This document shows, one piece after another, positions 51,001 through 64,000 of a DNA stretch of 64,000 nucleotides. The DNA comes from Trichoplax sp. H2 (taxonomy: Eukaryota), in NCBI GenBank assembly GCA_003344405.1, contig NOWV01000011.1:1-64000 (forward strand). The letters run 5' to 3'. The position numbers were made by a program, and so were the translations under genes. The notes under the pieces are model-generated. The model was not told the origin of the DNA, ran no database searches, and worked only from the letters and a program-made list of their open reading frames with translations. Every line of letters starts with the position of its first letter. The first letter of the stretch is position 1.

Positions 51001-54000
51001 TGATTGTTTGATACTAGTAGGATATTAAATTCTTTAATTTGGTACCACATTAATCTTTATTACTAATAATATAGCATAAACTTTAGAGTACCGATGACAT
51101 TGCATTCCAAAGGTTTTGACTCTTAGCATTGCCGTATGCGTAAGCTTTCAGGTAATCCTCAACACCCTTAAAAAATGTTTGTTCTCCAAAATATTCATAG
51201 AGCATACGCAATAATGAAGCGCCCTGTAAAATAAGATCCAAATTACAATATAGATTATGTCCATAATGATGGCGAATAGATCACCAATACTTCTTGCTAT
51301 TGTATTATGACTAGGAAAGTTTATACTCTTGAACGCAAAAATGGTAAAATCCTAGAGTTTTAGTCTAGTATTTATGGGTATCGCCTACGGCACCTTATCG
51401 TATGAAATATGATCGAATAAGGCACCAATTTGATTTGGGTCATTCACTGGTTGATAAACTGGATGAGAACTTGGTAAACTATCGTCGATAATTGCTTTTG
51501 CCATGGTTCTTAGGCTAAACTGTTGATACTACCAATGATAGAGAAAATAATTAAGTTACGCCATATCTCGTGTACAGATAAATTCCGACCAAAACGCAAG
51601 TGAAGTATAAATTTCGAATCATTCAAAAATTTTTTGTATCTTCGTATGCAAGCAAGGCAATTTACATACAACATATAAGATTATATTTTTGAGTATGAAT
51701 TCGTCTAGATTAAATGTCTTTTAAGATTCTTCTACGTGTAGATTCTATTACTGGTTCATAGCTTATAAAAAGTAGTTAGGTTACTATGCAATATTATGCA
51801 GTAAGCCCTAAATAATGGCATGACCCTTTACAAATATTAGTATCTTACTCCCTGGAGTCCAGGTTTGCTATTTCTCATTCCTAGATAGGAAACAAACGTT
51901 GCAAAACCTTCATTCAACCAAACATCGGACCACCAGTCCATCGTTACCAAGTCACCAAACCACTGCAATGTATTAGTGTATAAATGTAACCCAATTTTCA
52001 TTCTTTTCTGAAATTAATTATGTGACTACGACCTATCGGCTTTTAGAAATATTAACTTACCTGATGGGCTACTTCATGAGCCACGGTCTCAACAATATAG
52101 AAATAGTTTGTAGACGTAGCATATTTAAGATTATATAAGAATTGAACCTCGTTGAAAGTAATCAACCCCCAATTTTCCATTCCACCTGAGGAAAAGTCTG
52201 GTATTCCTACTAAATCTGCGAATAATAGAGGAATATAGCTTTTAGTTTCTTCTATGATTACTTATAACATTATTGCTACAAATTGTTTATTGTTATAGCA
52301 AACTTGATTAAATTACATTAACAATCGAAATAATGTATCGTCGAATAACACTAAAACTGGCATGATCATCTGGATAGCTTTTTGTAAATTCATAGTAATA
52401 AAAGATGGATCATTCCGTATTATTAAACACATATTCTATACCATTAGTTTATAAGTTTTAATTACCAAGTTTTGGCAAGGGATATTTGATATTAAATATT
52501 TTGCCATAATATGAAACACAGTCTGCAGCAACCTGGAGAGATAATTGAGTTTCATGTACTTTTTCTTGATGAGTCCATGTTCGAACCTGGTATAGATTTA
52601 AGAACTTTAAAATATAACCAACTGCAGGAACTATCATGTGTATATATATATTTCGTAAAAGTAACATTAATTATATATCTTTGTCAATAACAAATAAAGG
52701 TCTAGTACGAGCAAAGTAATTGTGAAGAAAACTTTGAATAACTGAGAGTGACTTTTAAAGATATAGAAGCGTAATTTCATCTGACTCATGTTATTAAAAG
52801 TGCTCCATATTGGCCAAGTAAATATTTGAAACTAGTTCTAATCAGCAATAAATTTAATAAATTTACTATCTTGTCAGATTTTAGATCTCATGGAATCCAA
52901 TATTCAATCTTGTAGACGTAGTACGTACCAGAATATTATCTTTCGACTTTTTTTCCAAATGCTGGAAATCTGATATTACAAACGCTACGAGATAAGTACT
53001 CATTGGAACTGATTTCTGGAAATGAATGATGGTATTTTGATTTGCAAGAGTAAGATTATTTCGAGCTAGCGTGTTAAATAAGGCATGATAGCCAGGAGGT
53101 ACTACAACTGTTAGCTCAAAACTGGCTTTCATTGCCGGTTCATCAAAGCATGGAAACGCCATTCTAGCATCTGTAGGTTCAAAATCGGTCGTGTATAAGT
53201 ATCTATGTAAAGTAGAGAAGTAAATGTGAGAAAGAGAGTCCATCGTTGATACTTTGGATAGTAAAACCTTGGAAAACCACGCTATATATTATCAAGGTGG
53301 AATATTACAATTATTTAATTGAGTAATTTTTACTAATAGCAAAAGTATTACTAAAAAATGAATACTAAGGTATTATGCAAATGTACAGCAGGATGAAAAA
53401 TTTCTCAATTCTTAATGACTTCCTTCTTTCTTTAGAATAAAAATTAGCTCTATTTCATTACGTCTAGTGAAGGACTACAATGCTATGGCCATCATATTAA
53501 TGGTAATGATAATTCATTTTAATTATTAATTACTGATCTCTTATAGTTTCTTTACAAGGTTATTTTTAATTCTATTACTTCAACCAGATATCTTCAGCTA
53601 TGCTACCGTATATAGAACTATATACAGCCGTCTTCGCTAAAATTTTATAATCAATATTTTCGTGTAGTATCTTGAATAAGAATCACTCAACAGGTGATAT
53701 TCACCATTGCTTCTGTACCGAATAATTCACATATTTATTATTGCTTTTTGCATACCTCTTTTGGCCTGATGCTGTTACATATGTACTACGATAGAAGCCT
53801 CGTAAGCGGTTAGGATAGATGAGTCCACTGAACTGGATGACTAATGTATAATTAGTCGCTGTTACCAATGAACTGTTGACTTGTACATAGTAATAATCGT
53901 TTCGAGGATCCTGTAATGTCCGCTTGACAGTCAATTCGTTTCCAGTTGATTGATCGATAATCCGAATGTCATTAATTTGTAACCCTCTACCATGGAATAA

Positions 54001-54444
54001 GATAAAGTCTGTTTTCTGATGACAATGAAGACTGACTGTTACATTACCTTGATTAATTAGTTTTTGATAGTCTGGTTGTAGATAAAGATGATAATGGATT
54101 GGTTTAATAGTATTTGGCAAACGAACATGGTGATACGGGAATGATGGATGAGTAGATGCTAAAGTTGCTACATATGTGGAATAACTTGATGTTGGTCGGG
54201 TATGTAAGAAAGCACTACAAGAATCGTTTTTATTTTCCGGTATCCCTGTATCGTCGATTGCTAAAAGAGCGATTAAAGCGATCAGAAATCCTATTACCAA
54301 TACTGCAAGAACAGTGAAAATTTGCACTTGTCTCTTCGATTGAGGATACCCACAACAGTTATAGTATTTATGGTGGTCCTCTACAATACTTTCACCTTCT
54401 TCTTTAGTCGGCAATAACTGATATTTTGTTGTTTTATCAGTCAT
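48074..54444 (-). CDS. M1 family type II membrane zinc aminopeptidase (APN/APA/ERAP-like), multi-exon
   Basis: N-terminal TM helix; [78 protein letters not shown] (HEXXH-X18-E); FDHISYDKG (catalytic Tyr); ERAP1-like C-terminal exons. Final exon 48074-48232 ends TAA. Confidence 0.95.
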
Positions 54445-57400
54445 GCTGAGAATGAATAAGCACTAGCTAAGACTTTTTGTAAATCGTATCAACTCTACTT
54501 TAAGATATCCAAGATTAACGTAAAATGGCCAGTTCACAACGTTCCGGGTCGGTCTCGCTAGAAGAGGGTCATTACATCAGAATAATTCATAGTATCAAAG
54601 TACATGTTTACTTCAAGTGAAGATTAGTACAGGTTAGGCAAATAATATAATTTGAACTCTTTTCAAAAGTTAATCAAGCACACAATACTTTCTGTTTACT
54701 TTTCATCGGAATAATGTCAGTTAATTAACCTAATTATTTTAGCCATAAGGCATTGATTATAACTACTGTGTAAATTTATCGTTGATAATAATTCTATTAG
54801 TTAGTGTAAATAAATCAAGTGACGTACTACAACGGATTAAGTAATGGACTGATGAAATTATTTAATAATATCATTACTCCTATGTTAATATGAATTGTAT
54901 CGTATTGATTGATATGTCGTTAGTCACGGAAATAATTCGTATATCTTCGACCACCCAGCGTTACTAAATTTAATAATTACTTGAATATGCTATATTAGGG
55001 TAAATTACAAAGTAGAAAATGTCTGTTGTTACATTGATTTCATTATATTTAATCCACGTAATAAGCAATTACCCAAATAATAGATAGATCTAAATTACGA
55101 GATAGCTTAACAAATTTAGAAAGAAATCAATTCTGGTATGGAGCATCCTACAGTAGTTGCATTACGAAATTATAACGATAACGTTAGTCTAATTGCATGG
55201 AAACTATTAGATGCACAAACATCCTAGCCATATCACAATAACTACATTCAACTAAAATTTACGAGAAACGCCTACAAGATGGATAATGGAATCAATTTGC
55301 TTGACTATGGTAATCAGAATTTAAGTACTGTCAACATCTCTATAGTACCACAGTACATTGGGATGTAACTAAATTCTTATACTCGTATGAGCATCCAAAA
55401 TTTAAGCTTCTGACGTCGCTCTTGTCGATTTATCAATAGCTATAATGCATATCGCGATTCAAAGTTGTGAATCATTAAGCTAATTATAACCACGATTCTA
55501 TCAATATAATTTCCTAATTATTACACAGTAGCGACTCATCATCTGTTGATCAAGCAAGTGATTTTTGTGTTAGCTATGTTGTACAAAATGATGTATTCTT
55601 TTACGATCATGAGCTGTATTGTATATGGAGCATTACATGCTCAAAGTAGTCAGGAAATTAAATCAATTTAAGCTACATAGTAACGTAAGACAGCATACAG
55701 TGTACATATACGATATACTGCATCTACTAGTATCGACAGTATATAATTCCGTCGGCAACCCTTTAGCCATCGATTTGCACTCTTAGTATAGTATCCAGTA
55801 GTAGCTTTTGTAATTATAATTATACGCGTAACTTATCTTTATGGATCTGGTATAAGATATTTCCGTAATCTTATATGGCATGCATTCTAAACGTACCGAG
55901 TGTTAACTTTCTTTATGAGCCCAACTTCAAACCTTCGTAGTACTCAACAATTCATACACTTGCGTCTTATAGTCGTCGGATCAAGTGTTTTTGCCAACGG
56001 TATCGGCGGATTATGGAAATAGATTTAAGACGTTCTAATCCACGTTTTAATGAAGCTTCTGTCACGTTACTTGTATGAAATCAGAGGAGATTTTAATTAT
56101 GGTATGGATCATCATGGTAAATAATGGTTTAGTCGGCATAAATAATGAATTAAATAAATAAACGATCAAATTGAATCAACTATTGCAGTCGAAATACTCG
56201 TAGCAAATACTGCCTTAATTTTGCTCACTTAATAATACATTCGCGCGTATTTCTCTTTTAAAAAGAAACAAATAGTTGGTATTTTGATAGTGTACTTCTG
56301 CACTGCAGCCCAGTAGTTAGTTAGACTAATTATACGTGTATTGTCACCAATTGAAGAATATCATCATTCAGATGTTACAGCTATTACAAGTATCTTTAGG
56401 TATTTCGGCACCCATATTAATTTAATAAACCAATGATATATAATCACTATGCACACCTTATTTTACGTATATAACGAACTATTTATGAATGTAATTGATT
56501 ATTCAACATGATGTTTGATCGCTTAATGTACCTATAGCGTGCAGATTGATACTTTAACTAATTGTCATTTAAACGAGTTAGATATTCGCTCTCTCCTTCT
56601 AGGAAGTCCGCTAGTCCAGTCTTGCGCTACTACTACGGTATAGTATTTAAATATTCGCATGTACCTATTAGTCTAAATGCAATAGTGAAGCATCATTTTG
56701 CATCAATCTTCTTTTTCAACTTGTATGACATACTCACTATCTTTGATGCTATTGTTATTTCGTCTATTTTATATCAACCAGAATTTACCATTATTAATAC
56801 TGTACGTTCTAGAAAGGCAGAACTATTTACAAGAGCAAGAAATGCGAGTTTAACATATAATAGACGGATGGCTATTGAATGGTTAACATTTTAAATTTGA
56901 TGGAATAGCTGTGCCATACTTACTTGGTAGTATTAGGCTTATTAGAGAATTAAATTGCTAACAGCAGCACCCTGTCATATCACTCAAGTCTTAGCACCTA
57001 TATCTCATGCGATACTATTTGTACACTGTACAAATTAGCTAAGCGAGATTTAGTTTGTTACTGTATAACGCTAGTATTTCTATGATAATTGCATTTAATC
57101 ACTGTAAAATTAGGTCGATGGAGTAAGGAAAGAATACAATGAAAATTAAGCCGCTATAGCATAGTAAACGTTTTCTATGCGCTCATCAGTGATGGCATAC
57201 GGTCAACAGGTCAAAGTCGATGGTCGTATACTGTTCATGATTAATTTTTTTTTCAACAACAATGCCTGTATCACGCATCTTATTAGGCCTGTTAAGAGTT
57301 CAATATGATCAGCTATAGAGTAATATTTTACCTAGAGTATCGCTGAGTCGACAACATTGGAAACCAAATTTATCCTCAAAACTATCATTGCATGACAAAC

Positions 57401-58245
57401 AACGGTGATAAAAGTCTACGATTTTCTCTTTTAATAAAACATAGGACGCATTAATGTCTTCACTCATTATTTTACTATAAGAGCTGACTGTAATAGTCGT
57501 AGAGAGCTAGATTCTTCATTTTCCCATGTTTATTAAGCATATGACGCTTTAGTGGCTTTCTATTATAGCCAACTACGATGGAGATTATAGAGTAGAAGTT
57601 GACTAATGTACAGTATGTCATGCAGACGACAGTCATCGCAGTGATAATGCAGGAGCTGAGGAGCATGACTCCTCCGTAATGGCTTTAATCCTTTAGATTA
57701 TTCTATGGAATTGACTATCATAGAGACCTAAATTATTCTTTTATCCTTTTTAAGCGTATAGTATGTATAACCCTTTACGGCTTTACTCCTTGGTTATTAT
57801 ATTAAGCACTACTGTGGAGAGTATAACGCTTTAGTAGTTTTACTCATTGTTTTTTTGATACACAACTGAGTGTGATAGTGGTCCAAATTATTCGTTCTTC
57901 TCTGTTCAGCGTGTTGTAGAGTGCTTTTAATAGCTTTACTGCGTGCATTGATTTCAGCTAATTACAGTAACAATGTGCTTTGAAAGTGTAATAGTAATAC
58001 GAGGTAAGTACTATATGACGCTGGGTAGTTTTGCTTAATAAAGTAGATGCTGGTTGGTATGATTGATTGACTGGGTTGAAAAAAGCCATTCCTCATACTG
58101 TACTGCGATAGCGAACATACGTAGAGCAGAAATGAGTAAAATACAGCCCTGTCCAACACGCGACAAGAACAGCGCTGATGGTGCAGGAGCTGACGAGCAG
58201 GCATCCATCAACTCTGGTTAAGCATGCAGTAGAACGCTTAAACTC

Positions 58246-59193
58246 ATCGCATTTACTGAAGTCAATGCGATCGAATCGATCGATGGCTCCACTAACAAGT
58301 TTTCTTTTCCATGATATAGATTGATTGGGCATTTACTTCAGTAAATGCGATCGAATCGATCGATGGCTCCACTAACCAGTCTTCTTTTCCATGATATAGT
58401 ACTAGATTGATTGGGCATTTACTTCAGTAAATGCGATCGAATCGATCGATGGCTCCACTAACCAGTCTTCTTTCCATGATATAATACTAGATTGATTGGG
58501 TATTTACTTCAGCAAATGCGATCGAATCGATCGGTGGCTCCACTAATCAGTCTTCTTTTCCATGATATAATACTAGATTGATTGGGTATTTACTTGAGTA
58601 AATGCGATCGAATCGATCGGTGGCTCCGCTAACCAGCTTTCTTTTCCATGATATAATACTAGATTGATTGGGCATTTACTTGAGTAAATGCGATCGAATC
58701 GATCGATGGCTCCACTAACCAGCTTTCTTTTCCATGATATAATACTAGATTGATTGGGCATTTACTTGAATAAATGCGATCGAATCGATCGATGGCTCCA
58801 CTAACCAGCTTTCTTTTCCATGATATAATACTAGATTGATTGGGCATTTGCTTGAGTAAATGCGATCGAATCGATCGATGGCTCCACTAACCAGCTTTCT
58901 TTTCCATGATATAATACTAGATTGATTGGGTATTTACTTGAGTAAATGCGATCGAATCGATCGATGGCTCCACTAACCAGCTTTCTTTTCCATGATATAA
59001 TACTAGATTGATTGGGCATTTACTTGAGTAAATGCGATCGAATCGATCGATGGCTCCACTAACCAGCTTTCTTTTTCCCATGATATAATACTAGATTGAT
59101 TGGGCATTTACTTGAGTAAATGCGATCGAATCGATCGATGGCTCCACTAACCAGCTTTCTTTTTCCCTTGATATAATTATAGATCGATTAGGG
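58246..59193. repeat. Tandem satellite, 86-bp unit, 11 copies
   Basis: Consensus GCATTTACTTGAGTAAATGCGATCGAATCGATCGATGGCTCCACTAACCAGCTTTCTTTTCCATGATATAATACTAGATTGATTGG. 11 occurrences of TGCGATCGAATCGATCG counted. Track ORFs recur with an 86-bp period. Confidence 0.97.
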
Positions 59194-59251
59194 AATGGAG
59201 TAAACGTAAGATAAACATACGTTCGTCGAACCCCATGATGCACGATCTAGT

Positions 59252-59410
59252 CAGTACTGTACTGTACAGTACAGTACTGTACACTTCCATGGACTGCTAA
59301 GATACTGTAGATTTACAGTACATATACTGTAGTAGTCCATATTACAGTACAGTACAGTACTGTACAGTACAGCACATAACATCGGATACTGTAGAGTACA
59401 CTGACATGGT
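59252..59410. repeat. Mixed-orientation TACAG/TACTG cluster upstream of WDR7
   Basis: CAGTACTGTACTGTACAGTACAGTACTG (a self-complementary 28-mer) and further runs at 59343-59372. Confidence 0.85.
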
Positions 59411-59873
59411 TTCTATACAGTGTATTGGATACGACTGATGAACGTAGAGATTTGTATGCAATTGCACCAGTCCTTGTGAAAGTGTAGTCCTCGCAAGAAC
59501 GTGATATCACTCGTGACGAAGACTGCGTCTGCTGGTGACATTCTTTTTGCTCAGTACGTTACCCATATATAGGAACGAGCTACAGCCTATCCTACTGTAC
59601 TGTCCTCTACATTACAGTGGTGTTGACTAAGAAATGGATGATGCACTGTACAATGTAAGACAAAGTGTTAGCAAAAGTAGTGTCACTCTTGCCTGCAGTA
59701 CCATCCTCCATTACAGTCTCCCAAAGGGATCGCGTACAGTACGTAGTTGTACTGTAGGACGTATCGTACATATCGTCGCCTCAAATACAAAACAGTCAAC
59801 CGTAAACGAGTCAGCGCTGACGAAGGAATGAAATGCTCAACTAGATGATATTGGATGCTTGCAAATCAAAATA

Positions 59874-62800
59874 ATGTCTTCCATGGCAGTTCCTGTAGCT
59901 TTATGGGGGCCTTCACCTCCAACACACCATATATCATGTATAGCTGTAACACCAGATCAAAGAACGATCGTTACTGGAACACTTGATGGACAAATTGGCC
60001 TTTGGGATTTGCGAACTTTGCAAAATAATACATTGCAGGTTAGATCAATCTTCTTCACTGGCATCATCCGATCACGACCATACTGTACTATATATTGCTT
60101 AACGTTATCTCCTACAGTAGACTCATTTTGTATCAAAAAACACCTAACAGATTGCTTGCTCGTGTCTGCTCCTGGACTACCTTATGGTTGAATAACCACA
60201 TACACTAAATCAGTAATTTGAGCCAATGATTCTGATCAACACTTTCTCTTCTATAGCATCGATATACTGCATCAAGAAATAAATGATAAATAAACGCATT
60301 GTAGACACTTCCCTTCTGCTTTTGATAAATTCATTGAAGCAAAGAAGACGAATGAGATATTCGTAGTAGCAATCATCATCATCACTACGTGGAGTGTCTA
60401 TTTCCCATACTGCGTGTTGTTATTATTTTTGCGCAGAAAAAGAATCTTACTGCTATTGCTTTTCAATGCTAACTAACCAGTAGACAACAATTATCATGTT
60501 AGTAGCATAGAATGAATGAGTTCAGTTGTAATCATGTACGAAATCCATAGACATCATAATGTAATCATGATGATAGTCTTGGACAAGTGTCTTCTACTCA
60601 ATACAAAGGTATTATCAACGGAAAGCACAGTATTGATTGAAGGTAGACGATAGTTTGCATGATCTGTCAATAACTTAAACACATTGGTAGCAACATCAAG
60701 ACCATCCATCTGTCATTGCAATGGAATTGGTGTAATATTGGATAGGCGCATCAAATTAGAAAATTAAATCTTGCGTTACAGACGAGTAGTCCGATAGAAA
60801 TAACGTAATGTTTTTATCTCTTTATATAACTCAATATTGCCGTGTACTCATATGAATTACTACGTATTGGCAAATGGAGATTCTTTTTGTAATATTGTCT
60901 TTTCCAATTGACTTAATTAGCTGGTACCGAAGAATTTAATTTTTGGCCACTCAACTCCTGTCACAGCTTTGGCTATCGCTAATGATAAATGGGAAAAAGC
61001 CAGTATAATCAGTTCTGCTGAAGAAGGGTTAGTTTAGAATACAAATTTATTTTTTTATAAATGCACTGTATATCGAATGTCTACATGTAACTGGATATTT
61101 GTACTACTGTATCTATCATTGCTAAACTTAGATTACATCATGTCATTATTTTTGTCAAAATAATTTCAACTGCATTCATAATGTAGTATTCTAAAAGAGT
61201 TCTTCTTATTGATAACCCAATATTAATTCATTCGTGATGACTGTAATTTGTTATTGGTAATGGCAATTATACAATGCAGTGTTATTGTATATAATTCTAT
61301 TTCTAATGCGTACATTACTTTAGCTTAAGGCTAGATAGAACGACAATCTTATCAATATAATTACTCGTGTATAGCTCTTTGTAACGATTGAAAATTCAAA
61401 AGTAGCTTACATAGTATGCATTCAATGTTTAACTTACTATCTACACTCTACCTAAAATAAAGTATGTAATTGTTATGCTTGTTGATAACCTAATGTACTT
61501 TGAATCCAATCTACTAGAGAAATATGTCTGTGGGATTCTGACGATGGATCTTGTATCCAGTATCAATCCCAACTGCATGGATCCCATACTGAAATCCAGG
61601 TAGAACTTATAATATTACTAGCAATGTAAAGTGGATCCAGTAATTTTATATTATTATTGTCTGAATTTTAGACTTTTCAAATGACATCTGGATTAAAACG
61701 TCTTTGGCGTGTTATTGTTTATGGTCGTTACAGTGATGCTTTCATTCTAGACGCAGCTACACTAGAAGTTGGTGTTAAATTTTAAAATTGATGTACTGTA
61801 TAGTTAAGTTTAATATTAGTATATTTAGTAAGTAATACAAAACTACAGTATCTATCTTTACAATACTGTAAATTGCTTCATAATTGCGATTGCGATCGGA
61901 AATAATAATATCTTCCTTTACTATAATTTATCGCGATGGTTCTTGTCATTATTATTTTATAGTTAATTTACAAACTACAATCCAAAATATCACCTGACTG
62001 GTTATCGGCATTATGTGTTACAAAATCGATTCAAAGTGAAGGTATTTGCAATATCTTAAAGATACGCCTATATTTATTATCAGTGTGAATCTTAATAACC
62101 TACTGAGGATTCGGTCTTAATCGATGGATTAGTCTTGCTGTAGGTATATTATTGATCAATCAATATTATAAAATACTTTCTGTTTCTTTCTACTCCAGGA
62201 AGCACTATAATAGCTGTATGTGCTAATCGTGTTATGAAAATTTGGAATTTAAATGATGAGGTAAACAATGATATTTATCGAGAATAAATGCTACGATAGT
62301 GACGACAACGTCAATGCCATCATGTATTTAACAATACTGTAATCATCAAGCATAAATGTTGAAACCTGTTCAAGATTTTAACCCTATATTTACGAATATA
62401 GCCACAAGATGCATTATTTGAAGCTGAAGCAAAGACTTTGGCAAATGGAGATGTTCACTGTATCCGCTTTAATCAATTCACGAATCGTGCAATGCTATTT
62501 GTTTTCAGCGATTGCTGGCAGGTTCGTTTTTATCAATTCTTAGCAGTATCTATTTTTTCATTCTATTGCTTATGCTAATTTTACAACTACTATCACGCTT
62601 TTATATTGCATTATAACTAATATATGCTATTCTTAGATTTACGACTTAGAAAGCTATCATTTGTTGTACGAAATGAGAGCAAATGATGGTGATTGTTGGA
62701 TCGGAGGAGACTTTGTCGATGTAAACGATGTCTCAATTTGGAGTCAGGTAAGTACGGCATGTAGACTTTAATTTATTATGTCTATTATTACAATATACAA

Positions 62801-64000
62801 TTACAGCTATATTCAGTTGTTAATTGAGAGATTGATTTACCTAGTAATAATTTCGATTTTTTAATTCTGCAAAACAGTCTGGTACCGCATATATTTTCAG
62901 ACTTCCTAAGAAGTTAGTATATACTCATATATATTTTCTTGGAGTATGCTTTATTTTTGTTTTTGCTGGCCTATAATTCTTTCCGTTATAAAAAATGTTT
63001 GAGAGTTTCCTTAAGAATGTACTCTACTTTAAGGTGCTTGCCTGACGCCGAATCTGTCAAAAGCATAAGCAGTGAGGAAAAGGCAGTAACATTACATACA
63101 TTATTGGGATGCTCGTTCGAGGTTTGTTTATTGCCAATAACATATAATGATTATGATTACTTCATGTATTTAATATTAATTTGTATTTCACCCACAAAAT
63201 CCTGATAAATTTTATAACTGGATGAAATAGAATGTATCTAATAAGCCGGTGTTAAATTTCTCGTATGGTTCGCGCGGATCATTTCATAAATTAATAGTCC
63301 AAGGGAATGCTTCTGGAGAGTATGTGATAATACTGTACTATAAATAATTCTAATTCCACGAACTATTCAATACATCTTGAAATAAAAAATTATTTGCATT
63401 ATATGTTAATTCCATTCATAGGATACAAATTTGGAAGTTAAATAGTTTTTCCGATGCAAAAAATTATGTCTCTGATCAAGGTATTAATTAAGTATGATAG
63501 TTACGTTTTCTAGGTATATTAATTGTTGTCCTATCCATACCGATACTTATTGATTGTATACAATGTTTACTATCGCATTTTAGAAATTACACCAATTACC
63601 TCTGCAAGTCTTTCCGATCCATGGAGAAATCCTAATACGAAACCTAATGGAATTTTAGATAACTTGGTACAAATTATTTTAAGTAGTCTTAAAAATTTTA
63701 TATTGATTTAAAATATTCTTATTTCTTTTTACTTAGATGATAAATAGTGAAGATAACGATAAAGGTTGCGATCCATCCGTATCCTCAACATTATTTATAG
63801 CAGATCGTGGAATCCTGATTTGCGGCTGTGATAATGGCGATATCTACGTCACGGATGCCTGTGTAATAACTTTAATGCAGTTCTTAAACTATGGACAATC
63901 TAATGGTATGAATAAAAATAACGAAGCCAAATTTTTTGTTAAATATGTTATTTACAGCTATATCAAAAATTTTTAATTTTTAACAGCTAATAAACCAATA
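59874..64000 (+). CDS. WDR7: WD repeat protein 7 / rabconnectin-3beta, 5' part, multi-exon, truncated by the window end
   Basis: Exon 1 (59874-60038) MSSMAVPVALWGPSPPTHHISCIAVTPDQRTIVTGTLDGQIGLWDL resembles the recalled WDR7 N-terminus (LPIVLWGRKAPTHCIS..IVTGCHDGQICLWDL). Then LIFGHSTPVTALA, EICLWDSDDGSC, LQSKISPDWLSALC, WIGGDFV and LICGCDNGDI. Confidence 0.9.

Noticed and set aside
58093-59019. Repeated 62-79 aa ORFs (MPNQSS...)
   Set aside because: Translations of the satellite. The 86-bp unit is not a multiple of 3, so the frame rotates between copies.
58246-59193. CRISPR-like array (palindromic repeats at regular spacing)
   Set aside because: The whole 86-bp unit repeats, there are no unique spacers and no cas genes, and the context is eukaryotic.

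Overview
AT-rich, intron-rich eukaryotic DNA from a compact animal genome. Short GT-AG introns, gene content and TACTGTA richness suggest a placozoan such as Trichoplax; this is an inference, not a determination. Genes in order: 5' end of a clan-3 cytochrome P450 (minus, truncated, missed by the ORF track); a multi-exon WDR49/CFAP337-like EF-hand+WD40 gene; three dispersed tandem paralogs of a Sel1-like-repeat protein, each with an intronless CDS and an N-myristoylation-type start; a degenerate pseudokinase; an orphan Cys-cluster/Arg-rich gene; a type II membrane M1 aminopeptidase; and the 5' part of WDR7 (rabconnectin-3beta). The most striking non-coding signal is the 'TACAG/TACTG microsatellite'. 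Comparing locally duplicated copies shows it arises by insertion of CAG-TA or CTG-TA at pre-existing TA dinucleotides, nested and in mixed orientation. That is the canonical 3-bp Tc1/mariner (Sleeping Beauty-type) excision footprint, and it is piled up about 0.5-1 kb upstream of four genes. Also present: an 11-copy 86-bp palindrome-rich satellite, two candidate MITEs and a dispersed GACTACTA...TAGTAGTC hairpin family. All calls were made by eye; internal exon boundaries are approximate unless stated.
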